A stretch of 57,083 nucleotides of DNA, the filler included, from Platydemus manokwari (lineage: Eukaryota): assembly GCA_037951405.1 (NCBI GenBank). It is 5 parts of 5 records of this genome, joined end to end, with 100 filler letters (N's around TTAATTAATTAA, not from the genome) between each part and the next. Parts side by side here need not be neighbours in the genome. Positions count along the whole stretch, not along the records: positions 38,192 to 47,650 come from JBBMOY011246874.1; positions 47,751 to 57,083 come from JBBMOY011263207.1; 3 more parts are not named here. One strand, 5' to 3'. This document shows, piece by piece, positions 42,410 through 55,800 of the stretch; position 1 is the first letter of the stretch; each line of letters opens with the position of its first letter. The notes beneath the pieces were generated by a model. It did no database searches, was not told the DNA's origin, and saw only the letters and a program-made list of their open reading frames with translations. A program made the position numbers and the translations under genes.

Positions 42410-43540
42410 TCAAATATCCATTTTAACTCCTGGACAGCTCAAATTGGTCACATACGTTCCATAGCCTTGGTTGTTCAAATGCCGAATTGCTTCTCTAAGT
42501 GTCCAATCTTCAATATTTGCCACAATACCATAAACACATCCACCCCAACCAGCTCCCGTTAATTTTGCACTAATACCATAACATTTCAAAATACTAATCA
42601 CATCTTCGATGTTCACATGAGACACACCCATCAGTCGTAATAAGCGATGATTTTCTTCGATATGACAATTAATTTCAGATATATAATTCTCACTTTCTTC
42701 TATCAACAATTTTTCTATTGATTCGGTAATATGTTGGATCTCACTAAACCAATGGTAATAATGAAAAGGTTGAACCTGCATAAGCTTTTTAACATGTTTT
42801 ACAACGGTTTTTGTGCACCGCTTAATTTTTGTATCGACAATCAAAACACGCAAGTTTGGTATTGTTAAATTTTGCTTCAGCATATTGCCAGATGACCTTT
42901 GGAATAATATTCCTTTACCAAATGCACTAATGCTATTATCAATTCCTGATGACGTACCATGAGCAAATTGTTCACCACGAAATGCAAAACTAGAAATAAG
43001 TTCACACTCAGATTTTTCAAAATCACAATCAGATCGTAAATGCTTTGACGGCAAATTTTCAGAAAGCAGTAAAAGCGCAGTAGATAATACGGTAGAATAC
43101 GCAGCCGAAGACCCTAACCCACAACCATAAGAAAATTCACTAGTTATAGTAATATCAATAGGAATAAACTTTTCAATTAATTGAAAATAAAGGTCAATAA
43201 AAACAGTTATTCCACATTTTATAAAACCATTATCTTCCTTGCTAACATTTATTTTACCTTCTAAAAAAGCGGATAAAATAGAATGATAATCAAAGCAAAT
43301 TGGTTGTTTATCATACGGTTTAACTTTTTCCTTGATATCCATAAATTCATTTTCGGTAAGAGTAAAGTCAAAAGGAACGTTATTCAGATGTAAAGCTACA
43401 ACTTTGTCATTGACATCTTTAGTAATGACATGTGCTTGGCAGCGAAGGTTAATAGAACTAGCAATAGCTTTGTACCCATAAACAACGGCATGCTCACCTG
43501 CTAGGATAATTTTTCCAGGAGCCGAAACCGTAAATTTCAT
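42410..43540 (-). CDS. MVK: Mevalonate kinase (GHMP family), intronless, 376 aa
   Basis: SAPGKIILAGEHAVVYG, GCGLGSSAAYS, EQFAHGTSSGIDN, LLRLMGVSH, AKLTGAGWGGC. Confidence 0.95.
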   Translation of the reverse strand: MKFTVSAPGKIILAGEHAVVYGYKAIASSINLRCQAHVITKDVNDKVVALHLNNVPFDFTLTENEFMDIKEKVKPYDKQPICFDYHSILSAFLEGKINVSKEDNGFIKCGITVFIDLYFQLIEKFIPIDITITSEFSYGCGLGSSAAYSTVLSTALLLLSENLPSKHLRSDCDFEKSECELISSFAFRGEQFAHGTSSGIDNSISAFGKGILFQRSSGNMLKQNLTIPNLRVLIVDTKIKRCTKTVVKHVKKLMQVQPFHYYHWFSEIQHITESIEKLLIEESENYISEINCHIEENHRLLRLMGVSHVNIEDVISILKCYGISAKLTGAGWGGCVYGIVANIEDWTLREAIRHLNNQGYGTYVTNLSCPGVKMDI

Positions 43541-45123
43541 TTTTGATTTCCAAATAAATGATTATAAAATTTTAAATTATGAAGGTCGTGCAATAACGTA
43601 ACATATTAAAACAATTAGACAAAAAGTAAATTTAAGGAATTTAAAAATATTTTAATAATTTTATATTTATTGAATTTGGAAATTTTTATTAACAAAATTA
43701 ATATTTTTTATAAAATTATTAATATTAGTCTACATATACCTACATTTCTTTTAAAACCAATATTTTATAACCATCATAAAAACTAAAGTTTATATTTATG
43801 AATGTAATTAAGTAAGGAAATTTAAATGTCTAAATTTTTATATTTTATGACGTCATTTTTAGATTTGGAAAACTCAATGATATTTTGGAATTATAATCAA
43901 ATAAGACGAGTTGCTTTTGCTTAATCAGATTTCAATATATTCTATTCTGAAAATAGACGCTTGTTTTCCCTATTGAATTGCAACTATTAAAAATATTGCA
44001 CTTTTCTTTAATTTTATTCAGCACAATTGATAAGGAATGTCTCACCGAGACTTCAACACATGGTGCCATCGTAAACTAGAATAATAAACTCAGTAGACAT
44101 TGTCAAAAAATGTTAAGAAATTTTTTCAATTTTAAAACTCAATTTCAAAAATGCATTTATAATAATTTTAAAATCAGTAGAGCCAACCTGTATATTTATA
44201 ATTTGCATATACATGTATATCAATTAAACAAGGCTAGATAATTTTAAATGGTGACTTTGATTTTATCTTATTTGGTTTGTATTTTAGAACTTTCATTGTT
44301 TAAACTTTATAACAGCCTTGTTGTTGCGAAAATTGTAATAGAGAAGTATTTGGTTGACAATATCAAAAATTCTATTTGGTCTCACGAAATTTCTATAATC
44401 TTTATGATGAATAATACAGAAATTAGGATAAACGTTAGATCTGGTCGGTATTTTTGAATTTAAGTATTATTAAGTATCATTACTTTCATATTTGTTGAAA
44501 TTATTTAATACTGTACAAAGATCGATAGAAAAAGTTATTAGTAGCAATGAAGATAAGTACCTGGCACCATGCTCTCAGTATATTTTTATGTTTAATTGTC
44601 ACTATTTTTTTTAATAAAATTCACTTTTTTACTTAGCTTAAACCTCACTTCGCTAATCCTTTCAAATTAAAAAATTAATAATATTTAAACATAAATCTAA
44701 ATTTAAAATAGTATTAAATATATATCAGCTCATACTGGTCGCAGAAGGCTTCAGTAACTTAAAAGGTTTGCAGCTACATAAGTTGATTATTGCAATAAGG
44801 ATTGTTTATTCAGCTTAAAAAAATGTGTTTCGTAATCAATCAATAAAATTCCTATTATTTTTGATATGCGTTGAAAATGATAACAATGATATTTAGTGGT
44901 AACAAAATTTATTTAAGAAACAAAAAATGAACAAGATATAAAAGAACAACAAAAATTGGCAAACTGCGCAGCGTACTACCCAAGTGTATTGCTGCTAAAT
45001 ATTCACAACAAATACCAAATAAAGACTACTACGATTATTAATAATTGATTAATTATATTGATTGATGATCAAAAATAAAATTTGCTACAGCACCATGAAG
45101 ATTTAAAAAAGATTAAATTTACT

Positions 45124-46228
45124 TGATGGAATCATACTGGCCTGTGCTAAGTAGTATCTGGTGAGTAGTTATAAGTAAAATTCGATGAAATATCTATGCA
45201 CTATTCAACTGATGATTAGAACCGGAAAATGATGATTCCATCAATAATCCTACTTTAATCAGTAATTAGGTTGCTTGTAATAATTTAGGTGTAATAGTAT
45301 TGATAACTATAATAATGATATAAACAATAACAAAATGATAATTCAATACGTCTATTATACTAAAAATTAACAAATGTGTTATGCTATAATTTGGACAGAT
45401 GAGAGTATTGTGTCCTGAAGAGGTTTAAACCAACCGACGTAAGAAACTAAGTCCCGCCTTACTTTGGACAAGAAACTAAAGGAGATGTGATTTTAGTTTT
45501 ATGAGATTTTAGTTTATGAGTTCACGTCTGCAAAGCCTTGCGGATTTACAGCGTAATGATGATTCAATGCAAATGCTCTCGCCTTTGTACCGTTCGCGGT
45601 GAATTTGTAAATCAGTACCAATACAAACTCTTCCGACTTTGTATGTTACCCAAACGAATACAAGCAAAATTTACTGCGTGCATTTGGGAGAATAATCCGA
45701 AGTTCAGTTGAAGAGTTGGGGTAGTATGGCCGCTTGATAGTCAAACATTTATCCCGCGTCTACTCCCGGACGATCGAGAATTTATCCTGAGGATGAGTGG
45801 ATTACTCGGAAATTAATTTGAATGCTGAATTGGTATAGCCTGAAGTTTGTCCTACTGTCGAATTGATGATTCGAGAATTTGTCCACTGATTCCTCTTGCA
45901 ATTATCCCAATGACAGATTGTTGATTCGAGGAATTGTCAATTTCTTCACTTGAAAATTATCCTAACGACGAATGATTCGATAAATTTTTGTCAATTGATT
46001 TAAAATTTATCCCAATGACGAATGAGTCGAGAATTTTTGTCGGCTAATCTCTTTCGTCGCCCACTTATATATAGTGTTTTCTGCCTGGTGTCGTACGTGG
46101 GAATTGATGATTTATTTTTTGAAATTTTTTTGGTTTTTAGGATTTTATTTACTATTGCCTTGGTGATGTATTTATTCGCAATTAATATTATTATTGTATT
46201 TATTTTTATTATATTTTGATTCTCAACA
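45124..46228 (-). mobile_element. Solo LTR (about 1.1 kb, family B)
   Basis: TG...CA ends with imperfect inverted termini (TGATGGAATCA / TGATTCTCAACA); near-TSD TACT/CACT; TATATAAG on the minus strand near 46065-46073; a second copy starts at the same boundary (47390). Confidence 0.7.
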
Positions 46229-46491
46229 CACTCAATCTTAAAATCTCAGTCATCAATAGTTTCGCTGGGGTTATGACAAAATAATAAATTCAAAGCAAAA
46301 CTCGTTGCAATGTTGCATAATAATTTTCATAAGAATTTTATTTTAATCAATGACAATAATGATGACATGCGCATTAATTTTTATTTAATCAGTTTTCATT
46401 TTTTGTCTTCAAAATTATTGGAATACTTGAGTGAAACCAGGTTAAATAGTATTTATAAAATAATATATTGATATTTATAATAATTATTATC

Positions 46492-47006
46492 TGTAAATAT
46501 CTAACATAATAATATCTGAAAAACCCCATTGAAGAAAAATCCATTAAATTCCCTAAATAATAAATTAATTTATAAAATAACAACATGCAACACAGTATCG
46601 CGAATTAGCAACGACAAAAAATTTCCACCTAGTATCGCACACAATAAATAGTCACTGAATAAAATATTAAGCCCATTAAATTTTATCAAAGAGAATAGTT
46701 TTCTCTACAATAAAATAATCGGAGAGAATTTCTATCTCCTATAAATAAATTCCAGTGAGAAAATAATAAATGCACTAACATAAAAATTGTAAGTGACCCA
46801 TCACTGCCTAGATAAAGTAGCAGTAACAATTAACACGGTCACTTAAACACTTTATTGAAGGCACTACAATGGGGTATAGGACACATTATTCTGCATTTTC
46901 TTCACACAATAGGGTTGTGCGAGGTGAAGATTAGGTAAAATAAGGTAGATTACCGTTGTGGCCTTAATCAAGAGCTTATAGAGACTGATTAAGGCAAAAT
47001 ATAACA
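46492..47006 (+). repeat. LTR-like family A, internally deleted copy
   Basis: Shares both end blocks with 7072-8132; TGTAAATA...ATATAACA ends. Confidence 0.65.
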
Positions 47007-47389
47007 CAAAAACAATTATTTAGTATATCTATTTTGTAAAATATTATCACCTGTAAGCCAGTACTATTTTTTAAAACACGCATCGGAAACCAAAAGAGTA
47101 ATCGCATCAAATTATATATTTAAATACAATTATATAAAAAAAATTAATATTATTTTATATAACACTTCAATTAAATCTTTAAAAATTTAATTCAATTAAA
47201 ATTTCGGTCATCACCAATCATAAGTAAAACAAACTCAAATAACTGGAAAAACTGTATTAAAACTAATGGCATAAAAATGAGAGATTACAAATCTAATTAA
47301 TATTTTGTCAAAAACCTGAAGTCTTTAATGAGTTTCATGTTCTTTAGATCATCTAAATAATAAATGTCATGTCTAATTCTGTTCGATAT

Positions 47390-47650
47390 TGATGGAATCC
47401 TACTAGCCTGTGCTAAGTAGTATCTGGTGAGTGATACTAAAAGATAATTCAACTAGTAGAACTCGATGAATTATCTGTGCACTATTGAATGATGATTAGT
47501 ACCGGAGTAATGATGATTCCACCAATCATCCGACTTTAATCAGTAAATAGGTTGCGTGTAGTTATTCAGGTACTAATAATGATATGAATAATAACGAAAT
47601 CGTAATACAATACGTTTATTATAATAAAAATTAACGAATGTGTCGTGCAA
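47390..47650 (-). mobile_element. Second copy of LTR family B, truncated by a gap
   Basis: Aligns by eye to 45124-45385 (TGATGGAATC.TACT.GCCTGTGCTAAGTAGTATCTGGTGAGT...). Confidence 0.8.
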
Positions 47651-47750
47651 NNNNNNNNNNNNNNNNNNNNNNNNNNNNNNNNNNNNNNNNNNNNTTAATT
47701 AATTAANNNNNNNNNNNNNNNNNNNNNNNNNNNNNNNNNNNNNNNNNNNN
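47651..47750. other. Assembly gap with TTAATTAATTAA linker
   Basis: 44 N + linker + 44 N. Confidence 0.98.
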
Positions 47751-50700
47751 TAATACCAAATATTTCAAAAAATTATAATTATTAATTTTTGCTATTGATT
47801 TATTATCGTAAATTAATTTCAGAGAAATTTAATTAAATCGTTAATAATAATTAATTCAATATTTCATTGATTTATTATAATTATCATTAATTTTTCAATA
47901 TCTTCAGTTTAATTAATTGATTTTTTAATGATTATAATAACAAATTAGGAAATAAAATTTTATTTTTTCATTCAATTATAAATCAATTACTTTCACATTA
48001 ATTTTAAAAATCAATAAATAAAAATAATTTGTTTTAATAAGAAAATGGTAATGAAAACAAATTCAGTTAATTATTAAAACAATCTCCAGGATTATTTTTG
48101 CACACAGACAAGCTTAATTAATTGAAATTCATATTCGTTTGATTTTGATGGATTTATGATCGGTTATTCATTCCCATTCATAAAGTTATTGCTCTGTTGC
48201 ATATGGTGTTCATAAAATATTCAACACATATGTCATATGGGTTTCATTAATTGCCTATCATCATTGAGAACTTAATGAGGAATAATTGAAGATTTATTCT
48301 GAATTATTGAAGTCCATATTTATAAAAGAAAAATAGACAAAATAGTTGAAAGAAACACTAAAGCGTTGTCCATAGCTGTTGATAGGAATAGGATTTTATT
48401 GATATTGAATATATTTTTATCATTAGAAAATATTCTCGAATTCCTTTAAAAGATTTTTATTCATAAATATTTATGTTTTACAGCATTTATCTCGAGTACT
48501 GATTTGTACTCAATGCCACTGCGAGGATAAAACACCCCCCAACAATTTTGAAACAATAGAATTTCAATTCTAAGCTCGACAAAATCCATTTCTATCCATA
48601 TTTATGTGATTTTTACAAATGTGTTTATTGAGTTGTGAGTTATTTAATTAAAATACCCTAAAAATAATTTTCGTAGTTATTATTATCAAATCTTATTATG
48701 GATTAATAAATCAAAAGTCGATTGAAACAAAGGCCGGTATTAATAAAAGAGCTTTATTTTAATTAAATTCGGTTATTAGTTAGCTTCTAAGTTAATTAAA
48801 ATGATGTATTTTAATGGAGAACAGATCCGAGATAAGCTGTGATAAAGGATTCAGCCTCTCTCTCTCTTTATATATATATAGTGATAAACATGGAGGAGAG
48901 ACCACCCAAACATTAAATGCTTCAACTATCAATATCACTGCGATGGAATCTTAGCCGAAAACTGAATTTCCGAATAAAAAGAAAGAGTTATATTGGTAAT
49001 GCTGATCTTGAATTCATATGTTTGGTCCGTTCCTTTTATATTACACTTCAAAAAGAAACAACGATTGAAACAGTAAAAAATAATATATTATCAAAAATAA
49101 TAAATTAATAATTTCTTTCTTTAACCTGGTATTCAATGATGTAACATGGTGAAGATATTTTTTCCATTTTATTCGATTTAAAACTGATCAATTATGGGTG
49201 GGATTAATTGTTTTGGAAATGTTTATCAACATGTTTTCTCCAACAGAACCTAATCGACAACATAAGACTGTCATCAATGAATTAAGCCGACTAATTAAAG
49301 ATTTAACAAGGAAAAGGTTTTCCATGCAATATATGCATTTATATATGCCGCCTTTGAAGTGATATTCGACAAAAGAAGCGCAATTTAAGTAGAAATTTAA
49401 ACAAAGGTGGATATTATAATTTAAACTGCAATTAAAATCATAAAACTCGGCGACAAATACGAGAAAACAAGAGGAAAAATCTTTGGAAATTTTATCAATT
49501 CAACAAAGCCAAGTTTTATTAAAAATTTTTTTGATGACTTTCACTGAAATTTTGTAATTCTTTTTATTTATTTCAGATTAGTAATCGTCGCACAATAAAT
49601 AAAAAATTTATAAATATCTTCGAAATGCTTTAAAGAGCAGATGAAAAAGGAAAATCTGCAGTAATAGGGGACAAATGCCCCCCTCAAAAATTAAGATATT
49701 TAATTTCTACTCTTAAATCAAATTTTTGATATCTCTTATAAATTTTTAATCGAAGTTTAAATTAATATTTACATTTTTTGGTTTTAATTTTGTTAAAAAT
49801 TAAAATTAAAATTAAAATTAAGAATATAGATAAATAAAACGAATTTATCGTTTATAATTTATTAAAATTGTAGAATTTCTTATGAGCTATGTTATTTTTA
49901 TGTAAAATTTATAGAATCGTTCTGAAAAGATAAAATAAATAAATTTTTCTTTATTAAAATTATTGATTATTTAGGGGAAAAATCAGCAACGCCGATGTCT
50001 GGAAGAAATGAACTATTAAAGTGGAATAAATTATCTAATTAATTGAATTATTAATCTATATAGAAATCGTGGTAAATTACTATTCGACCCATTGTATAAT
50101 TCAAGATTCTAATAATAAATATATATAAAAAATATTGTGGAACATTGATAGAGGCTCGGACTATAATCTGAAATCAGACTACAAAATAATTCATATTTTT
50201 CATAAACAAAAACTGAAAAAGCTTTGTTGTTGTGATTTAACCGAATTTAAATAGCGCGGTTTTCCGGAATTGTAGCATTTGAACTAGTTTCATTGTTGAT
50301 CCGGTTATTAGAGAACTAATATTGAATGAAATAAGTAGTATACACAGTATACAGTATATCCTAATATAACGGCAGTCACAAATGGGCTAACTAGATTTTT
50401 ATGGATATAATTAAAATCAAAACAAAAGTTTAAGAAACTATAATTACAAAATATCAGTAAAAGAAAGAATATTGGACAGCCTATTTACTAAAATAAAAGA
50501 AAAATAATTTACTCAACCATTACTGGGGAAAATAGCAAATATTGAATAAAATGTAATTTCGAATGACATTAAATTGAAGACATTTCCATGACAATGAACA
50601 ATCCTACATATTTTCTATTTATCTTCTACTAATAGATTCATTTCTAACTCGTTTATCTAATCTGTATTTATTAAAGTTAACAAATAAATTAAATCGTTGA

Positions 50701-50784
50701 GGTTTAATTTTTTAATTTAATTAATATTGTTCATCAAAATAAATTTCATAAAATATTATTTAATTAGATAACATTCATTTAGAG

Positions 50785-50889
50785 CAGGGGTGGCCAACTT
50801 TTGTGTACGTAAGATCGACTTTTCATTTGCATAACATCTCACGCGATAGACTAAAATTGGCTTCAAGATCGACCGGTTGGCCACCCCTG
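50785..50889. mobile_element. hAT (Charlie/Buster-type) MITE, 105 bp
   Basis: Perfect 14-bp TIR CAGGGGTGGCCAAC; perfect 8-bp TSD ATTTAGAG with central TA (50777-50784, 50890-50897); subterminal AAGATCGAC twice. Confidence 0.93.
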
Positions 50890-51479
50890 ATTTAGAGGAC
50901 AATTTATAAATTTACCAACAAACCGTTTGAAAGATACTCCCAATATTTCGATGTTTAATATCTAATCTAACTAATCTCCCTAATCCTAACCCTATTGAAA
51001 AATAGGATTTCGATTACGTAATATATTTCAACTCAATTGTGTGCGTTTTATTTCCTTGATTTGCGTTGCCGATGTCTTATATGATTCAACATGTTCATAT
51101 GTAAGATCGTATAGAACCTAATTACCCGATTATCTGTACAGGTTCCACACAGCATGTTATCTTTGAAATTCTGTTCAAGAATTTCTACTCAATATTAATC
51201 TATTCTAAACTGTCAGCTGAAGTAAGTCATGCGAGATGAGACCCATTGGATGAAACACAACAGAGACAGAAACAATATTTTTGTCATTTTAGATTTTGAA
51301 TTCGCCATTCCATCTGTTACTGACCCGTCAAGCCACTAAACCTACACTATGATTTGTGCTTGATTTCATGAATAAGGGATTCATATGCCCTAATTCTACT
51401 AATTCTGTCGTAAAAAAATCAAATCTTGAAAGCCTAAACCAATCAGGAATGTAGGAATATCAGATAATATTTAACTTTT

Positions 51480-51780
51480 TACAATCCAAGAGAGGAGAGT
51501 TGATAAAAAAGGCCTAGTTAACACGCCTAGTTAAATCTTTGAATGAAGAGATAGGCAGGATATTTTCATTTTATGTATCACTATTGGTTATGAATTAACA
51601 ATTTCTATGCTACAATATGAACCAATTTCTTTGATAGGATCGTGCAAGCCTCTCTATTTGTTATCAAGGACACGATATCACCAAAATACAATAAAACATT
51701 AATAAAATAACTGCCATCAGACAAATCAGGAATTGCCATGGGATCAGTAACTTCAATAATAGGACCAGCAAAAATGATTG
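51480..51780 (+). pseudogene. Possible decayed Penelope/non-LTR reverse transcriptase fragment
   Basis: SGIAMGSVTS (about 51725-51754) resembles the QxxGxAMGSxxS RT motif; surrounding frames are broken. Confidence 0.3.
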
Positions 51781-54299
51781 AAATAGCAAAAACCTTTACT
51801 CAATAAATTTCCGAATATGTTAGTCACGTAGTAGCAAAATATATTAAAATATAAAATGTAAAATAATATCTATAAAGAAACGAAAGAATTTTTCAAAAGG
51901 AATTCAACTTCACTTATGTACCAAAGCCCCAGATAAGCTTATATGAAACGATTGGAAAAGGGTATTGAAACATCTTTAGACTGTCGAAAGAATATCATTA
52001 AATCTCTTGAATCTAGATCCTTGTTTTTAAAAATCATTAAGGAAATTTCATACGTGACAACTTCGGAGATATCAGCGATGTTTCAGAAATATATATTCGG
52101 TCTGGTATTTTCCAAATTACAATATTTCTACTTGCTCGAATGATGAAATAAATTTCTTTCATAATCTAAAACATCAAGATTATAATTATTTCGACCATCA
52201 CAGCAAGTGATGGCATTATTCGTGGTTTAAACAACGCGAAATCTAGTTATAACAGTTTAAAAAATAAAATATTTCAGTTTTTTAAAATCCTCATGTTATC
52301 ATGTAAGTAAAACTGTGAAGGATTGCATAAATGAATAGTAAAACGACTCCATCATCACAAGCAATATTATAAGCGGCCTTTTCGATGTTGTCAACAAAAC
52401 ATGATCCACAAATCAAAATTAATTAATTAATTTGGTGTACCTTGGAAAAAATTCAAAATATAGTTTATATTGTAAACATATCTTTCCTTTAAAAATGCCA
52501 AAAGTCTTTTTCATCATGGCTCCTGGGTCAGATTTTTCACGCATTATAAAAATTATCAACATTAATTTTGTCATTTCGTTATTATTATCAGCTACTACTT
52601 CGTTAAATTAGTATAGAAAACAAGTTAAGAAGTTCAACACATCAAGTATAATTTACTAAAAATATTTTAAAAAATAAATTTTTAATGTTTTTTAAAGAAT
52701 TAAAAGACCATACACCGCCTTTGTAACAAATCTTTGAATTTCTTTATATTCTTTGTTATTCTTTATTCTTTATTCTTTATTCTTTATATTCTTTGTTCTC
52801 AATTTCTATAATGAATTTTCTTAATTTATTGTTATTATATGTATTTACCTTGTCTAGTTTCTATTTCTTATCAATACCTTCTATAATTTATGTATTTATT
52901 ACCTTATTTACTTTCTCTATCTTCTACGATTTTTAAAACTGTCATGGTGACTGTTAAAAGTTGATTAAATATGCATTTGAAACAAAATTAAGAAGTTCAA
53001 CCCAGAAAGTACATTTCGCTAAAACATTCAAACAATTAATTTATTTTTTTTATTAAATAATTAATTGTCAAAACAATATATTTCTAATCATGAAACCAAT
53101 TTCTCTTCCATTCATTGACCATTCAGAAAAACCCAAACGTAAACTATAAGTAAGAAAAAGTGAGGAAACTAGCTTTGTGAAATTAAATGGAAATCGATTT
53201 TCTGTTTCGATATTTTTTTGAAAGATTTAATCGAAATAAAATATAATCGCTTGTTTGAAATGGAAATGAGATAGTTTTCATAGTTAAATATAAAATACAA
53301 CAAAACCATAACAAATTAATTTTACTAAAAATACGAGATGAAATTTTAATTATAAATTATTTTTTAAAAATTTTAAAAATTGTGATTAAAATATTAAAAA
53401 TAAATTTTCCAAATATAAAATTATTAATAAAATTCTGAATGAATTCATTTTAAATCCAGGAAATAAAAATTAGTTTATTATCATATGTTAATCCATAAAT
53501 ATTAATGAATAATTATTGGATGACTTGGATTGTGTTGAAAAAATTTTAAACAAAAGAATGATTTTTTTTATAATTATGAAATTTTTAAATCCATCAAGTA
53601 AAACAATTTTGTTTTAATAATATGAATTATAGAAATAAAATAATAATAGAATTAAATCTATTTCAAATGTCGTTAATATGAAACGTCGTAAAATGAACTG
53701 TGGCCATTAGTTTCAAACTGGTAGACGAACATGGTGTCAATTTCAACTCATCCATATCGGATGAGACTTTGAATTGATTAATAATGTGTATATTATTATC
53801 CGGTGGCACTCTCAATTATCATGTTTAGCCAATTTAATTTATCATTTTCCTTTTAAATCGCAAGTATTTTGTGTGATTTGTTTTCACTTTTATTCATGTC
53901 GTCATTTTGTCGCAATGATTAACACGATAAAACAATCGAATATTCTGTGAGATAATTATCATGCAATCACCAATTTAAACAAATAGTTGATTAGGAATGT
54001 TTTTGGAAAATATTTCATTCCATATCGAGTTGAATTAGTTAAACCGAAAGAGATTAAAGGCTAATAATAATAATAATCAGAAAAATAAATAATTTATTAA
54101 TATAAGCTCATTAAATATATTTATTTTTGAAAAAAAAACTGTCAATTTGTCCGTAGTTATATAAGATAAGAAATGCTGATTCATCTCGACACCTGAGGAA
54201 CGAGAGATAATTATATAACTGTTATGTATTATAAATCATTAAACCATTCCATCAAATTACACCTCATTCATGAATCATCTATGTGTTATTATTAATATT

Positions 54300-55800
54300 A
54301 TATTTGACTTTTGGAGTAATACTTTTTCTCCAACCTTGATAATAATATATCTTATTTTATCTCTATCTATACTTGTCGTTTTGTTTATTTACGGCATTCG
54401 AGTTTTTCTAATACAGACAATAGATATTATTTTCTATTCAGCTGGTATTTTAAATCTGTTAAGTGTCCCATAGATGACTGATGTGTGGAAATTACCGTTG
54501 CATCGATTATCGAATTCAATTCGTGACAAAAAATCATTATATATACTACTTCTATTTTCAAAACTGCACATTAAAATTGAACTAAAAAGTCACGACATCC
54601 AATTATCTTTAAATATAAATATTACAAAAAATATACAGGATTAAATTTTATATAAAATTTGTTCTATTAAAAGTTTAATTCAATTTAAAATTCTCAGATG
54701 CCCCTTTCTTAAAAATCATTGATTTTCTTTGTATTTTTAATTGGCACTGTACGAAATGCTCGCATATTTATCTACATAGAAAACTCTGGTTCATCTATCT
54801 GTTTTATATCTTCTCTACATCTACTTTATATCTAATATACATCTTCATATATTCGCTGAATATACTCAACATCTTTCTCCTTCTTTCCCATAATTTTCAG
54901 TCCTTGATTTTCTCAGAATAGAATCCTGATGCGTGATCCTCATGAAAGCCGCTACTATTTTAAAAACATTAAAAACGAACTGAAAAGTGACAACATCAAC
55001 TCAAAATACATATATAATCTTATTATTAACATTTCTAATAATGACTTTCGCATATTAAGTTCCTTGAAACTTTGTGTTTTGTAGTTTCGTTGAATCTCTA
55101 CTCATAAATCCATTTTCTGAAACGACCTACAAAGACCTTAATTAAAATGATGTTCCTGTGTATATACTTAAAATTTCTTATCATAATTCATCAAAAGTCG
55201 CTCTCAATATGTCGCACCAATAATCTTGCAATCCTCGATAATTTGACTTGTGTGATAGTCAAATTATACTTATTGTACTCCATGGAGCAATTAAAATTAT
55301 AATAAAATATATTAAAAATCAAAACCCAATGTTTGACAAATCTCATTTTCCAAGCGATTAAAGTTCCCGAGTTCATTGCAAAAGCTTGTAATCTCATGTA
55401 TTGACGAAGTTTAAAATTGCAAGTATTTCAGCAATCCTTATAATCATATGACACCAATTTGTCAGCCCCAAGAATCACTTCAATTCTGTGTATGCCTTGA
55501 TTTTGAAAGTTTTAATCTAATTTGGTTTCACAAATTCCCTGTTAGTGTATATCTCAAGAAGTGAATTTCTTTCTTAAAAAACCGCATTGGTCAGGATTTA
55601 CACAGAAACCTAATTTATGTTTACATCCAAATGCCTAATTTAATGTTCAGTGAATGCCTACTTCTGTCTCTCAGTGCATGAAAACATTATGTTAATAAAG
55701 ATATACTTAGTTAATTATGCGTATCAAAGTTCTGAAAGCATATTGTACCCCAGTCAACCAAAAGAGAAGTATGTTAGAGTAAACATCACCATTATGAATG
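54300..55800 (-). mobile_element. Decayed Ty3/Gypsy pol (RT, RNase H, integrase) relic
   Basis: Minus-strand fragments in Gypsy order: NPDQCGF/FKKEIHFL (RT end), TELK*FLGLTNW (connection), SRIARLL..IESDF (RNase H end), FHEDH...KDVEYI (integrase Zn finger), IKVGEKVLL (integrase C-terminus); many stops and frameshifts. Confidence 0.65.

Noticed and set aside
43798-44100. Possible divergent gene head-to-head with MVK (ATG, GTAAG...TTTAG)
   Set aside because: The spliced frame stops after about 15 codons
14894-47750. TTAATTAATTAA palindrome recurring four times
   Set aside because: Always centred in exactly 44+44 N; an artificial six-frame-stop scaffolding linker, not biology
49150-49350. Weak piggyBac-transposase-like words (HFIRF, VINE, FSMQYM)
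   Set aside because: Too fragmentary; no TIR or TTAA TSD
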